Shown: positions 54,584 through 63,574 of the stretch, piece after piece
Layout of the letters: the number at the start of each line of letters is the position of its first letter
How positions within the stretch are numbered: position 1 is the first letter of the stretch
Assembly (NCBI GenBank): GCA_038065075.1
Contig: JBBTRQ010000001.1
Location: 2,823-66,822, forward strand
Source: Patescibacteria group bacterium
GTDB taxonomy: Bacteria; Patescibacteriota; Patescibacteriia; UBA9934; GWF2-40-263
DNA length: 64,000 nt
Reading direction: 5' to 3'
Notes under the pieces: generated by a model
Told to the model about the DNA's origin: nothing
Seen by the model: only the letters and a program-made list of their open reading frames with translations
Database searches by the model: none
Translations under genes and position numbers: made by a program

Positions 54584-55645
54584 GTGATGATGGCCAAACA
54601 CATCAACTGGACACCCGGGATGGATGAGCGGCTCATCGTGCTCAACCGCGAACGCGTGTTCTTCCGTCTCATCGCGGAGGCCCTCGTGGTTCCGCTCGCC
54701 AGCGTGCACCGTCGCGTAAAGGTTCTTGACGCGCGGGGGCTCATCTCCGCGAACGAGGTCAGTCGATACTTCCCTCGCACCAAGCAGACTGTCTTCAAGT
54801 CCAGGGGACCCACCAAGTGGACGCCGGATCGGCTCGCGCGCGTTTCCGAACTCTACCGGAACGGGCACAGCAATGAGCAGATCACGACATTGCTCGGTGA
54901 GACCTGCTCGGCCATTCGAGGCCAGGTGCGCCTGCTGCGCAAACGCGGGGAGCTGCCAAGCGGGCCGCGACCGAGTCGGCACAGTGCACGCCCAAACCGG
55001 CGGATCTTCACCACACAGATGGATGAAACGCTCATCCAACTCCACCCAAGCAAGAGCCGGAATGAAATCGCGCAGGCTCTGGGCGTAACGCCCCGCCAAG
55101 TGACTACGCGTGCCAGCCAACTGCGCAAGCTGGGACATCTAGAGCCCTCGAAGATCGGAGTGGCACAACGCCGCGAAACGATCATCCGCCTGTACCGCGA
55201 TGGCCAGTCCATCGTGCAGATCGCGAAGGCGATCGGATCTACCCCCGGCGCGATTGGTGTCTCCTTGGTCAGATACCGCAAGCAGGGGTGCGTTGGAACC
55301 CGGCCGCGGCCATACACCGCCAACCGTAGCCACAAGGTCGACATGGAAACGGTTGTTGAGATGACATTGAACCACGTCTCCACCGCACAGATAGCGCAGT
55401 ACTTCGGGGCCTCCGAGCACACGATCCTCAAGCACGTCCAGCGGCTCCGCCGCGATGGAACGCTCCCGCGCCCAACGCGCGTCTGGACGAAGGAGCGCAC
55501 GCGACGACTGGTAACGCTCTACGGGAGACGCACGAAGATCCGCGTGATCGCACGCCTGCTGAACGTGAGCGAACGCGCCGTCGCTCACAAGCTCACGCGA
55601 CTGCGGAAGAAAAACCAACTCCCGAGCCGCAACGTCCGCCCGTAA
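54584..55645 (+). CDS. protein of five tandem about 60-aa GcrA-like HTH repeats (353 aa), GTG start
   Basis: Repeats W(T)..R...L..LY..G.S...IA..LG.T..AV..K..RLR..G.LP; high GC3. Confidence 0.5.
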   Translation: MMMAKHINWTPGMDERLIVLNRERVFFRLIAEALVVPLASVHRRVKVLDARGLISANEVSRYFPRTKQTVFKSRGPTKWTPDRLARVSELYRNGHSNEQITTLLGETCSAIRGQVRLLRKRGELPSGPRPSRHSARPNRRIFTTQMDETLIQLHPSKSRNEIAQALGVTPRQVTTRASQLRKLGHLEPSKIGVAQRRETIIRLYRDGQSIVQIAKAIGSTPGAIGVSLVRYRKQGCVGTRPRPYTANRSHKVDMETVVEMTLNHVSTAQIAQYFGASEHTILKHVQRLRRDGTLPRPTRVWTKERTRRLVTLYGRRTKIRVIARLLNVSERAVAHKLTRLRKKNQLPSRNVRP

Positions 55646-55666
55646 CAAGGGCGGTTTTTTGTTGGA
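55635..55666 (+). terminator. intrinsic terminator CCGCCC-gtaacaa-GGGCGG-TTTTTT after the tandem-HTH gene
   Basis: Seen in sequence. Confidence 0.7.
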
Positions 55667-55673
55667 CGTAATC

Positions 55674-55713
55674 CAAACAAACATCCCCCTCGTGTGAGGG
55701 GGATGTTTGTTTG
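55674..55713. repeat. palindromic repeat family 1 copy with a 16-bp perfect stem (caaacaaacaTCCCCCtcgtgtgaGGGGGAtgtttgtttg)
   Basis: Seen in sequence. Confidence 0.6.
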
Positions 55714-55719
55714 TCTTTT

Positions 55720-57342
55720 CTATTTAGCACCGCTGATTAATGTCTTTTCATCTAAAACGGAATCGATAACTCCTTCCTGAAAATAGAACGCCTGAATCTT
55801 TTTAAGCGCGGACAAAAATTCCCGCGTGTACGATTTGAGAAACCGTATTTTTTGCATAGCCATCTCAACTTCCTTTTGTGAAATTCCCATCATTGAGGCA
55901 ACGGAAGTGTTTGTCTTAAATCGCGCCCCGTGAAGAAGAGCCTCCCCCCAAATAGCGTTGAGTTTTTGAATCACGTCTTTGTGGTCTCTGATATATGACT
56001 TCTTGGTGATCAGAACATCGTACAAAATCTGATTTTCTTTTTCTTTGGTTGAGGCCACAATTTTTGCCCCTGAAAGTTCAATAGCTTTTGAAAGCCAGGG
56101 ATCCCATAATACCGCTGCGTCCACATCACCCCGGATCAAAGCTGACCCGATGTCACCCCCAAGCAGAGAAACCTCTTGAACGTCATCCGGAGAAAGGTGG
56201 TGAGCGTGCAAAAGATACCGTAAAAAGAAGTGACTCACGGCCTCACGTTCAATCCCCACTTTTCGTCCTTTCAAGTCCTGCACTCTCTCAATCCCGGGCT
56301 GAGCAATGATGGCGTCTCCCCCGTGTGAGTAGTTGAGTGGAAGAACGATCTGAAGTTCTGGATGTTCGTGAACGGCGCGAACGGCGTAATCCAATGTCAC
56401 GTTCAAGACATCTACCTCATCTCCCAAGAGCATTTCAAGATTCCCAACATTTGAGTCTGTCGAAACTAAGTGCGTTTCCAATCCCTTTTTTTCAAAGATA
56501 CCCTGATCGTGGGCATAGTACCAAGGAGCATTCCCCGACCAAATGAAGAGCCCTAGGTTACAGACCTCGGCCTTGGTTTTTTCCTTGCGCAACGAGGCCT
56601 TTATCGATTCAGCTCGGATCGTATAGACAATGCTCTTCTTCAGTCGGACAAACGCCGGAGAGAAGACCATCTCTGTTGTTCGAGGCCGTGGAAGGTTCAC
56701 GACTATTTCTTGCTGGAGTGCCCCTGTGTCCGCACTGAGAATCAATACCCGATCGGCCAAAAAAATCGCTTCATCGATATCGTGCGTCACAAAGATGATC
56801 GTTTTTTGTTGCTGTCTCCAAAGATCCAGAAGCTGTTCTTGAATTTGAGCTCGTGTTTGAACATCAAGAGCGCCAAATGGTTCATCGAAAAAGATCACCT
56901 CGGTGTTCTGCAACAAGACCCTAGCGATAGCCACTCTCTGACGCATTCCGCCTGACAGCTGACCTGGAAAATAATCCCGGACAGAAAATAGCCCAAGCTG
57001 CTTGAGTGTACTACTGATCAGCCCTTCATCAGCTTGAAGGTTCCCCAGTTGAACATTTTGCCAAACCGTTAACCAAGGAAAATTGGAATACTCTTGCGAA
57101 ACGAATCCAGCTGATTTTTGTGAGAAATACCTGTCTCGAGTCTCTCCGTCGATACGCACCTCTCCTTCACAGTCTGTATCCATTCCAGAAAGACAGCGCA
57201 AAAGCGTGCTCTTCCCTGAACCACTCGAACCCACAATGCAAACGAACTCTCCTTTTTTTACACGAAAAGAAATGTCGTTCAATACGACGCGCCTCCCCGA
57301 TTCTGAATCATACGTTTTTTTGAGTCCAGTCACCTCAATCAT
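55720..57342 (-). CDS. ABC transporter ATP-binding protein (SsuB/TauB/ThiZ-like) fused to a C-terminal NMT1/THI5-like substrate-binding-fold domain
   Basis: Walker A GSSGSGKST, LSGGMRQR, FDEPFGALD; C-terminal 280 aa NMT1-like. Confidence 0.8.
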   Translation of the reverse strand: MIEVTGLKKTYDSESGRRVVLNDISFRVKKGEFVCIVGSSGSGKSTLLRCLSGMDTDCEGEVRIDGETRDRYFSQKSAGFVSQEYSNFPWLTVWQNVQLGNLQADEGLISSTLKQLGLFSVRDYFPGQLSGGMRQRVAIARVLLQNTEVIFFDEPFGALDVQTRAQIQEQLLDLWRQQQKTIIFVTHDIDEAIFLADRVLILSADTGALQQEIVVNLPRPRTTEMVFSPAFVRLKKSIVYTIRAESIKASLRKEKTKAEVCNLGLFIWSGNAPWYYAHDQGIFEKKGLETHLVSTDSNVGNLEMLLGDEVDVLNVTLDYAVRAVHEHPELQIVLPLNYSHGGDAIIAQPGIERVQDLKGRKVGIEREAVSHFFLRYLLHAHHLSPDDVQEVSLLGGDIGSALIRGDVDAAVLWDPWLSKAIELSGAKIVASTKEKENQILYDVLITKKSYIRDHKDVIQKLNAIWGEALLHGARFKTNTSVASMMGISQKEVEMAMQKIRFLKSYTREFLSALKKIQAFYFQEGVIDSVLDEKTLISGAK

Positions 57343-58093
57343 ACTTTCTGTAAGGAAAGAATACGGGATACAACCTCTTAAACACCTGGTCGATCACAAG
57401 TCCAATGATTCCCAGTGTCAGAATCGCAACGTAAACTTTTTCTGTGTTGGAAAACCGTTGTGCCTCTTTGATCACATGTCCGATTCCTGCCTGGGCCGCA
57501 ACAAGTTCCGCGATCACGAGGTAGGTCCAGGCCCATCCCAACGTAATGCGGGCATTGTTGTACAGCTCAGGCAAAATGGCACGCAGCCTAAGAACTCTCA
57601 CTCGCATTCGTGAGAACCCCAATGAAAAAGAGAGGTCGAAGTATCTCGATGGAATGGTGTAGATGTCATCAATAACAAGAAGAATGAGTTGAAAAAATGT
57701 TCCGATAAACAGCAAAGCAATTTTCGATCCTTCTCCTAAACCAAAGAATAAAATCGTTAATGGAATCAACGCGGGAACAGGGAGGTAGCGAATGAAATCG
57801 ATGTACGGTTCAAGTAATCGTTTGACGAATGCAAACTCGGTCATGAGAAGCGCTAGTGGAATCGCGATAACGAACGCTAAAATGAAAGCAGAAAAAACAC
57901 GAAAGACAGAAATCCCAATATCTGATAAAAATTCTTTTTGAACAAACAAATCTAGTGTCGCCAACCAAATTTGCGACGGAGATGGAAGAAAGAGCGAATC
58001 GATCAGTCCCGCTCGCGTCACCCACCACCACACACAAATGAAAAAAAGCAGAGAGACAAGAAACGGCCAGTTCGCTCTCTGCTTTTTATTCAT
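57335..58093 (-). CDS. ABC transporter permease (SsuC/TauC/ThiX-like)
   Basis: 6 TM, EAA-like loop. Confidence 0.8.
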   Translation of the reverse strand: MNKKQRANWPFLVSLLFFICVWWWVTRAGLIDSLFLPSPSQIWLATLDLFVQKEFLSDIGISVFRVFSAFILAFVIAIPLALLMTEFAFVKRLLEPYIDFIRYLPVPALIPLTILFFGLGEGSKIALLFIGTFFQLILLVIDDIYTIPSRYFDLSFSLGFSRMRVRVLRLRAILPELYNNARITLGWAWTYLVIAELVAAQAGIGHVIKEAQRFSNTEKVYVAILTLGIIGLVIDQVFKRLYPVFFPYRKYD

Positions 58094-58110
58094 ACCCCTC
58101 CTTCTATCGT

Positions 58111-59094
58111 TTAGAATGATCGGATGATGGTATCTGTGAGGTGATCCTCAGCACGAATGCGAAGCGTTGCTCCTCCATTAGCTTCAAGGATGTCTCCAAC
58201 GAGCTCGAATGTATCGTAGGCATTGAATTCTGACGATGGATCAAAAAGAACCTTGTTCTCTTCAAGATCTAACCAACTGACACCCGTCTTAAAGTCAGCC
58301 ATTTCTTGTGCGCTCACCTCGAATGCGGTGCCCATAATCTCGTTCGCCTCATCAGGGTTTGACTTCCAGTATTCAACCGCATCAAACCACCCTTGAGCAA
58401 TAGTCCGAAGAACCTCTGGACGTGATTCAACCAGATCTTCAGAGGCGAAGAGAAAGTCCACAATAAGCTTTGGCGTATCCGCACTCGAGACAAGAACTTT
58501 TGCACCGGCAACCTTGCTTGCACTTTCAGAAAGGTAGGGCTCGTAGGTGGCGGCCACATCAAGCTGGCCCGCGACGAAGGCGTTTCCTGCGTCCTGAGAA
58601 GTCACATCTCGAAATTCGACATCATCCAGAGTCATACCCTCTTTATTGAGGAGATACTGCAAAATGAAATGCGGTGGAAATCCAGGTTCCGCACCAACGG
58701 TTTTACCTCGCAGATCCGAAAGCGAGTTAATGCCTTCTCGAACAACGACCCCATCTCCCCCATGGGACTCGTCGACGGCTAAGAAGGCAACCCCAGGTGG
58801 CTCAACCCCTTCCGTGGCTTCAAAAATATCATAGGTTGCTGCGTACATATCGATGTCTCCCGTCTTCATCGCCGCACGAAGATCTCCGATAGATTCAATG
58901 CGAACCAACTCAACAGTGAGATCTGACCCCCATAGCTCCTTTTCTTGTGCGAGATACAAAGGGGCATAGCCCGGGAATGTCACCATTCCAATCTTCACAG
59001 AATCCTTAGATGTTTCTGGGTTCTGAAAGGCAACGACCCCTAACACAACGACGATAACGATTACTAATAAACCGACGAAAAAGTTCTTGTTCAT
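58111..59094 (-). CDS. NMT1/THI5-like periplasmic substrate-binding protein (SsuA/ThiY-like)
   Basis: Signal anchor; NMT1-fold motifs. Confidence 0.75.
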   Translation of the reverse strand: MNKNFFVGLLVIVIVVVLGVVAFQNPETSKDSVKIGMVTFPGYAPLYLAQEKELWGSDLTVELVRIESIGDLRAAMKTGDIDMYAATYDIFEATEGVEPPGVAFLAVDESHGGDGVVVREGINSLSDLRGKTVGAEPGFPPHFILQYLLNKEGMTLDDVEFRDVTSQDAGNAFVAGQLDVAATYEPYLSESASKVAGAKVLVSSADTPKLIVDFLFASEDLVESRPEVLRTIAQGWFDAVEYWKSNPDEANEIMGTAFEVSAQEMADFKTGVSWLDLEENKVLFDPSSEFNAYDTFELVGDILEANGGATLRIRAEDHLTDTIIRSF

Positions 59095-59156
59095 ATTTTT
59101 GTTAGGTGAATTGATTAAATGATAGCATAAGCTTTAATGATTACACATATTTTGTG

Positions 59157-59924
59157 TTACTCTCCCTCGCTCAACGCGAACCACCAACGATCCATCGCAC
59201 CAAGCACCTGGCGAAACCCTCGAGCGAACTCCTCCTGTTTCGCTTCGTTGGTAAGTACGCCCGTCGCGCGCTCACGCAAGAAATCACGGTGACCGACTTC
59301 TAAGTCAACAATGTGGAGAGCAAACCAAGAGCTCATATCCATGGCGTAGGCTTCCTGTGCCGTCTTGATGGTAGGAAGGGCAAACGTTCCATCTTCCTGA
59401 AGGGCGACCTTCTTGATTGGTTCAGGCTTCCCTACCTTTGATGCATAAAGATTGATCGCCGGTCCCACGAGAATCGCAAGTTCAGGAACGGCTGACGCCT
59501 CGAGGGCAAAAGCCTGCCCCAGGGCGAACCAAGGGTTTTCTTTCATCCCATCAAGGACGGTGGCGATGAACTGTTCCGTTGCCCCAGAGCCTTTCACATG
59601 ATCAATATTGAGACTCAGATCTCGCTTCAGACCGTGCTTTAGAATCTGGACGTGGGCAATTCCACCCGTTTCTGAACCGCTCTCCTGTCCCCAGTTCCTC
59701 TCCAATTCCTGATGCACGGGGTGATTCTTTGGAAAATGAGCTGCTGCTCCACGAAGCATCTTCACAATCTCCTCAGGGAAACGCACATACTGACGGATCA
59801 CTTCCCCCAGCACCTCTGTTGGAAGAGAGCCGCTCTTTGCCTTCACAAACACAGGGTTGTTCTTCAAAAAAGTACGGTCAATCATCTCCGTGTTGAGTTG
59901 CTGAAAGAAGAGGCTGTTGGTCAT
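59157..59924 (-). CDS. TenA/PqqC-like heme-oxygenase-fold protein (possible thiaminase II)
   Basis: All-alpha composition, length about 255 aa, operon context with the THI5-like ABC system. Confidence 0.45.
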   Translation of the reverse strand: MTNSLFFQQLNTEMIDRTFLKNNPVFVKAKSGSLPTEVLGEVIRQYVRFPEEIVKMLRGAAAHFPKNHPVHQELERNWGQESGSETGGIAHVQILKHGLKRDLSLNIDHVKGSGATEQFIATVLDGMKENPWFALGQAFALEASAVPELAILVGPAINLYASKVGKPEPIKKVALQEDGTFALPTIKTAQEAYAMDMSSWFALHIVDLEVGHRDFLRERATGVLTNEAKQEEFARGFRQVLGAMDRWWFALSEGE

Positions 59925-60085
59925 ACAAATAATCCCGATGGGTCATGACTTATCCTCATCATCGAGGCAACATTGTAACGCCTTTTCGTATATTTTTCAA
60001 TGTACTTTCATGGTATTCCTATACGGAAACTTGATTATTTAGGTATTTGTTGCTATAATTGTGTATATAGAATCTATACACTTTA

Positions 60086-60840
60086 TGTCTATAAACGACC
60101 GGCTTGGACAAATTGGACTCAATCAGAGCGAGACAAAGGCATACTTGTTTCTTTTGGAACACGGCCTTTCCTCCCCCACGGCCATTGCCAAAGGAGTCGG
60201 GATACAACGGCCAAACGCCTATCAAGTTATCCATTCATTGTTACAACGTGGGCTCATCCTTGAGCAGAAGCAAGGCGGGCGAAGAGCCTACCTCACAGGT
60301 GACCCCGAGGCTCTCCTGATTGGTCTGGAACAAAAAAAGGCGCTGATCGACTCCCTACTACCCGATCTGCGCGGACTTCGGAATTTGCAGAAAAACAAAC
60401 CCACGGTTCAGTACTTCGACGGGCTGTCGCAAATTCAGGACATTTACCTGATGGCGTTGGAATCAGATGAACTCCTCGCTCTGGGATCGACCGACCGGCT
60501 CTATCAGATCATGCCATCCTTCGTTGAGGGTTGGTTGTCAAAGCTCAAAAAGAAAGGCATCGTCCTACACGATATTGTGACGCATGTCTCGAGTAGTGAG
60601 GCGGCGCACAAGATGATCGCCTCGCTTAAGGGGTACTACGATGCGAAGGTTCTGCCCAAGACGAGCGGTGAACTAACAACCGACATCCTTATTTGGGATA
60701 ACCATCTCGCCCTCATTACGCTTGAGGAGCCCTACTTTGGAACAGTGATCACAAACTCATCGCTTGTAAACACCTTCCGTCAGATTCTTAGCATTTTGCG
60801 CAGTGCTCTAGATAAAGTAGAGACATCTGTCCAAACCTAA
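60086..60840 (+). CDS. TrmB-family transcriptional regulator (start at MSINDRLGQ..)
   Basis: N-terminal wHTH ..SETKAYLFLLEHGLSSPTAIAKGVGIQRPNAYQVIHSLLQRGLI. Confidence 0.65.
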
Positions 60841-61122
60841 ATCCCCCTCGTGTGTGAGGTGTGCGCCACATGAGGCGCAAGTGATCTCCGTTCTCACACC
60901 GTCTGCATCCAGTGTGCGTTTCACAGCGCCGGGAATCTCGTCATCAAAACTTGGCCACCCGCAGTGGGCGTCGAATTTATCTGCAGAGCGATACAACGGC
61001 GCGCCGCATTGTCGACACACATACGTCCCTGCCGCTGTTGTGTCGACATACTCACCGCTAAACGGCGCCTCGGTACCTTTGTCGAGGATGACGTACTGTT
61101 CTTCTGGGGTGAGTTCGATCAT
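60808..61122 (-). CDS. msrB: peptide-methionine (R)-S-oxide reductase MsrB with a divergent C-terminus (repeat-derived)
   Basis: Two CxxC zinc pairs, CGWPSF; C-terminal ..HLTHEGDLGLDRCLYFI encoded across a family 1 repeat copy. Confidence 0.75.
   Translation of the reverse strand: MIELTPEEQYVILDKGTEAPFSGEYVDTTAAGTYVCRQCGAPLYRSADKFDAHCGWPSFDDEIPGAVKRTLDADGVRTEITCASCGAHLTHEGDLGLDRCLYFI
60841..60862. repeat. half-degenerate palindromic repeat family 1 copy (aaaTCCCCCtcgtgtgtgagg) embedded in the msrB 3' end / trmB-like stop overlap
   Basis: Compare with 55684-55707. Confidence 0.5.
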
Positions 61123-61240
61123 ATCGATTCAACGTTTTAGAGTGGCTATCACGAAATGTACCAAAGATCACGGGGAACAGGGATCATCTCTCACGTTATC
61201 CCCAGCCTTTCTTATTCTTGCTTGACAGGTCTATCTTGCT

Positions 61241-61258
61241 GTACTAGCGTACTAGTAC
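61241..61258. promoter_or_regulatory. TrpR-type operator GTACTAG-CG-TACTAGTAC (CTAG boxes 8 bp apart) overlapping the promoter (TTGACA at 61223-61228) of the TrpR-like gene
   Basis: Seen in sequence; mirrors the E. coli trp operator ACTAGTTAACTAGT architecture. Confidence 0.55.
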
Positions 61259-61269
61259 ATTGATACTCT

Positions 61270-61605
61270 ATGATTGAAGACTCCTCCTGGCGCCGAGAAC
61301 TTTACGCCCTTCTGAAAATCGCGGGGAAAGACGCCGACCTCTTGAAAGACGTCCTGAATGACCTGCTCACTCCTGAAGAAATCTCCGTTCTGGCACAGCG
61401 GTGGCAGATCGTGAAAGGACTCGCCCAAAACAGGCCACAGCGCGAAATCGCTGAAGAACTCGGAGTCGGTATTGCGACAGTCACACGTGGAGCACGATTA
61501 CTCAAAAAACCTCAAGGCGGCCTACGCCGCATGATCGATATGATCCATTCAACCAAAACCTTCCGAGGACTTCCCAAGTCCTGGCGCGACCAACTCATGG
61601 AATAG
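61270..61605 (+). CDS. TrpR-like YerC/YecD-family DNA-binding protein
   Basis: LLTPEEISVLAQRWQIVKGL..QREIAEELGVGIATVTRG. Confidence 0.75.
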   Translation: MIEDSSWRRELYALLKIAGKDADLLKDVLNDLLTPEEISVLAQRWQIVKGLAQNRPQREIAEELGVGIATVTRGARLLKKPQGGLRRMIDMIHSTKTFRGLPKSWRDQLME

Positions 61606-61680
61606 TCCTTGAGCTAAGGTTTGCGTTTCTAGAACGATCGCCTGACTCATGGGCGGTCGTTTTCTGTTCACGAGGTTCCC

Positions 61681-62265
61681 ATGCACGTTCGTCTTCTCAC
61701 CTCCATCCCCTCCCTCCATGACGCCATCCTCTCCGCCTCGGAGGGGTTCGGCCAGCCCATCGACCAGGCATTGAGTCTGGACGTGGCACAACACCTGGAC
61801 GCCTGCGGCTTCGGCTTCCAGTTCCTGACCGACGAGAACGAGATCGCCGGCTTCACTCTGTTCAAGCACTACGGCTCACTGCTGTACGGCGGCGGCATGA
61901 TGATCCGCCCCGCCTTCCAGAAGTCGGGTCTCGTCCGGCAGGGCATCCTGCTCGCGCAGGAACACACCCACGCCCGCCACTTCGCCTTCCGCACCCAGTC
62001 GCCGCGGATGTGGTCCGCCGGCCGTCGCGTGACCCGGCTGTGGTCGCCCACGCCCGAGCAGGGATTCTTCCACCCCGAGCTCGACGAGGTGCGCTCCATC
62101 GCGGCTGACCTCCTGCACATCAAGCCGACGGTGACGCGCGCGGTGTTCGACCGCCCGCTCTACGGGCAGAAGCCCACGCACCTGAATCCCGCCATCCAGA
62201 CGTGGTGGGACTCGATGTGCGACTTCGACAAAGGCGACATGGTTCTGTGTGTCGGCGCGTTCTAA
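61681..62265 (+). CDS. hypothetical protein, possibly GNAT-fold acyltransferase; GC3 very high
   Basis: ORF track; weak GNAT motif A (RPAFQKSGL). Confidence 0.3.
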   Translation: MHVRLLTSIPSLHDAILSASEGFGQPIDQALSLDVAQHLDACGFGFQFLTDENEIAGFTLFKHYGSLLYGGGMMIRPAFQKSGLVRQGILLAQEHTHARHFAFRTQSPRMWSAGRRVTRLWSPTPEQGFFHPELDEVRSIAADLLHIKPTVTRAVFDRPLYGQKPTHLNPAIQTWWDSMCDFDKGDMVLCVGAF

Positions 62266-62312
62266 CGCCTGTGGGTCGAGGGCTCCGGCTCTCGACCCAC
62301 TCATCTTCTTCT

Positions 62313-63041
62313 ATGAAACTCTATCAATCATCTTCTCCTCGCAAACCGTTCCTCTCGATCGTTGCCTGCCAACACGGCAATGAACCGTTCGGCCGCGAGA
62401 TTATCGAAGCCCTTCGCCCACGACTCGAGGAATTCCCCGGCCTGCAACTCATCGTCGCCAACGAAGAAGCTCTCGCGATCGACCAACGAGGAGTCGAGGG
62501 AGATCTGAATCGTTCCTGTCCTGGTGAACCATTGGGAAATCATGAATCCCGTCTGGCGAATGAAATCCTCGGACACGTCCGAGAAACGCGATACCTTCTA
62601 GACATCCATACATCGGTTTCCTCCTGCGGGTTCCTCGTCCCCATTGTGGCCGAGCTCAATGACGAAACCCGCCAGCTGATCAATCTATTGGAGCCAACAC
62701 GCGTCGTCTGCATTGAGCGTCCACTCTCAGGCACATCACTCATCGGAAATGTGAAAGCAGGTCTCTCTCTCGAATTTCAAAAAAGCCTCGCTGACCAAAC
62801 CGCGATCAAATTGACGACGAAGCTTGTTGAGGATCTCTATGATTGCCGCCGAGCACCAACTCGAGCACGGGACGTCTTCATGGTCACAGGGATTCTGGAG
62901 GCTGACCTTGTGCTTCCCGACACCGCTCGAGACTTTGAGCTCGTCGAGAAACTCGGCCTCTATCCCGTCTTGCTCAAAGACCCAAGCTACATGGGAAACC
63001 AGGGTCTGAAAGCAACAAGAAAAGAGGTGATGAACCTTTGA
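62313..63041 (+). CDS. succinylglutamate desuccinylase/aspartoacylase (AstE/AspA) family zinc hydrolase (start at MKLYQSS; the track start at 62202 overlaps the previous gene)
   Basis: QHGNEPFG, DLNRSCPG, E..D.HT motifs. Confidence 0.7.
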   Translation: MKLYQSSSPRKPFLSIVACQHGNEPFGREIIEALRPRLEEFPGLQLIVANEEALAIDQRGVEGDLNRSCPGEPLGNHESRLANEILGHVRETRYLLDIHTSVSSCGFLVPIVAELNDETRQLINLLEPTRVVCIERPLSGTSLIGNVKAGLSLEFQKSLADQTAIKLTTKLVEDLYDCRRAPTRARDVFMVTGILEADLVLPDTARDFELVEKLGLYPVLLKDPSYMGNQGLKATRKEVMNL

Positions 63042-63046
63042 GTTTC

Positions 63047-63070
63047 AAAAATCCCCCGCGAGGGGGATCT
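63047..63070. terminator. palindromic repeat family 1 hairpin (aaaaaTCCCCCgcgaGGGGGAtct) between convergent genes
   Basis: Seen in sequence. Confidence 0.55.
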
Positions 63071-63359
63071 AGGAAACGGTCACCTTGAGTTTTGCTTCTA
63101 AAGCATCGGCGACTTTGTAAAGGAACCCGACGGTTGGGTTGTATGTCCCGGACTCGAATCGAGAGATTGCCGCCTGCTTGGTGCCGATCATCTGTGCGAG
63201 CTGACCTTGCGTCACACCCTTCTTGAGTCGTCTGTCGATTAACATCTGGATCACGGCAAACTCCGGACCCAGCTCGTCGTAGGCCTTCTTTACGATCTTG
63301 TCTGTCAGGAATTTCTTTTTGAGAGACGTATACGATTTCATACATTTTGAATATAACAC
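63069..63359 (-). CDS. XRE-family HTH protein (HigA-like antitoxin)
   Basis: ..LKKGVTQGQLAQMIGTKQAAISRFESG.. Confidence 0.7.
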   Translation of the reverse strand: MLYSKCMKSYTSLKKKFLTDKIVKKAYDELGPEFAVIQMLIDRRLKKGVTQGQLAQMIGTKQAAISRFESGTYNPTVGFLYKVADALEAKLKVTVS

Positions 63360-63369
63360 ATCTGTTATA

Positions 63370-63528
63370 TCACGTCACCTCGTCACCGACTTTCTTGCTA
63401 TGTGGCATCCCAAGACGGTGACCAAACATCTCAAGCAGATCAAACGTCCGCAACACTTTGGCAATGGTTGCCTTCTCAAGTGATGCGATGAATTGTTCGA
63501 TCTCTTGGTTGAAAAACCGAATCTCCAT
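63370..63528 (-). pseudogene. truncated Gp49/HigB-like RelE/ParE-superfamily toxin (N-terminal about 52 aa only)
   Basis: MEIRFFNQEIEQFIASLEKATIAKVLRTFDLLEMFGHRLGMPHSKKVGD matches the N-terminal half of Gp49-like toxins, then a stop; the ORF-track start at 63579 runs through a repeat hairpin. Confidence 0.5.
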
Positions 63529-63545
63529 AGTTCGTTCATGGTACC

Positions 63546-63574
63546 AAAAATCCCCCCGCGAGGGGGTTTTAAAA
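63546..63574. terminator. palindromic repeat family 1 hairpin (aaaaaTCCCCCCgcgaGGGGGtttt) immediately after the stop of the 63569..63832(-) gene
   Basis: Seen in sequence. Confidence 0.55.

Noticed and set aside
59925-60085. Possible TPP riboswitch upstream of the thiamine-salvage-like operon
   Set aside because: No CUGAGA / ACCUGAU / GGG-pyrimidine-sensing core visible on either strand; only a promoter-like box and an imperfect palindrome.
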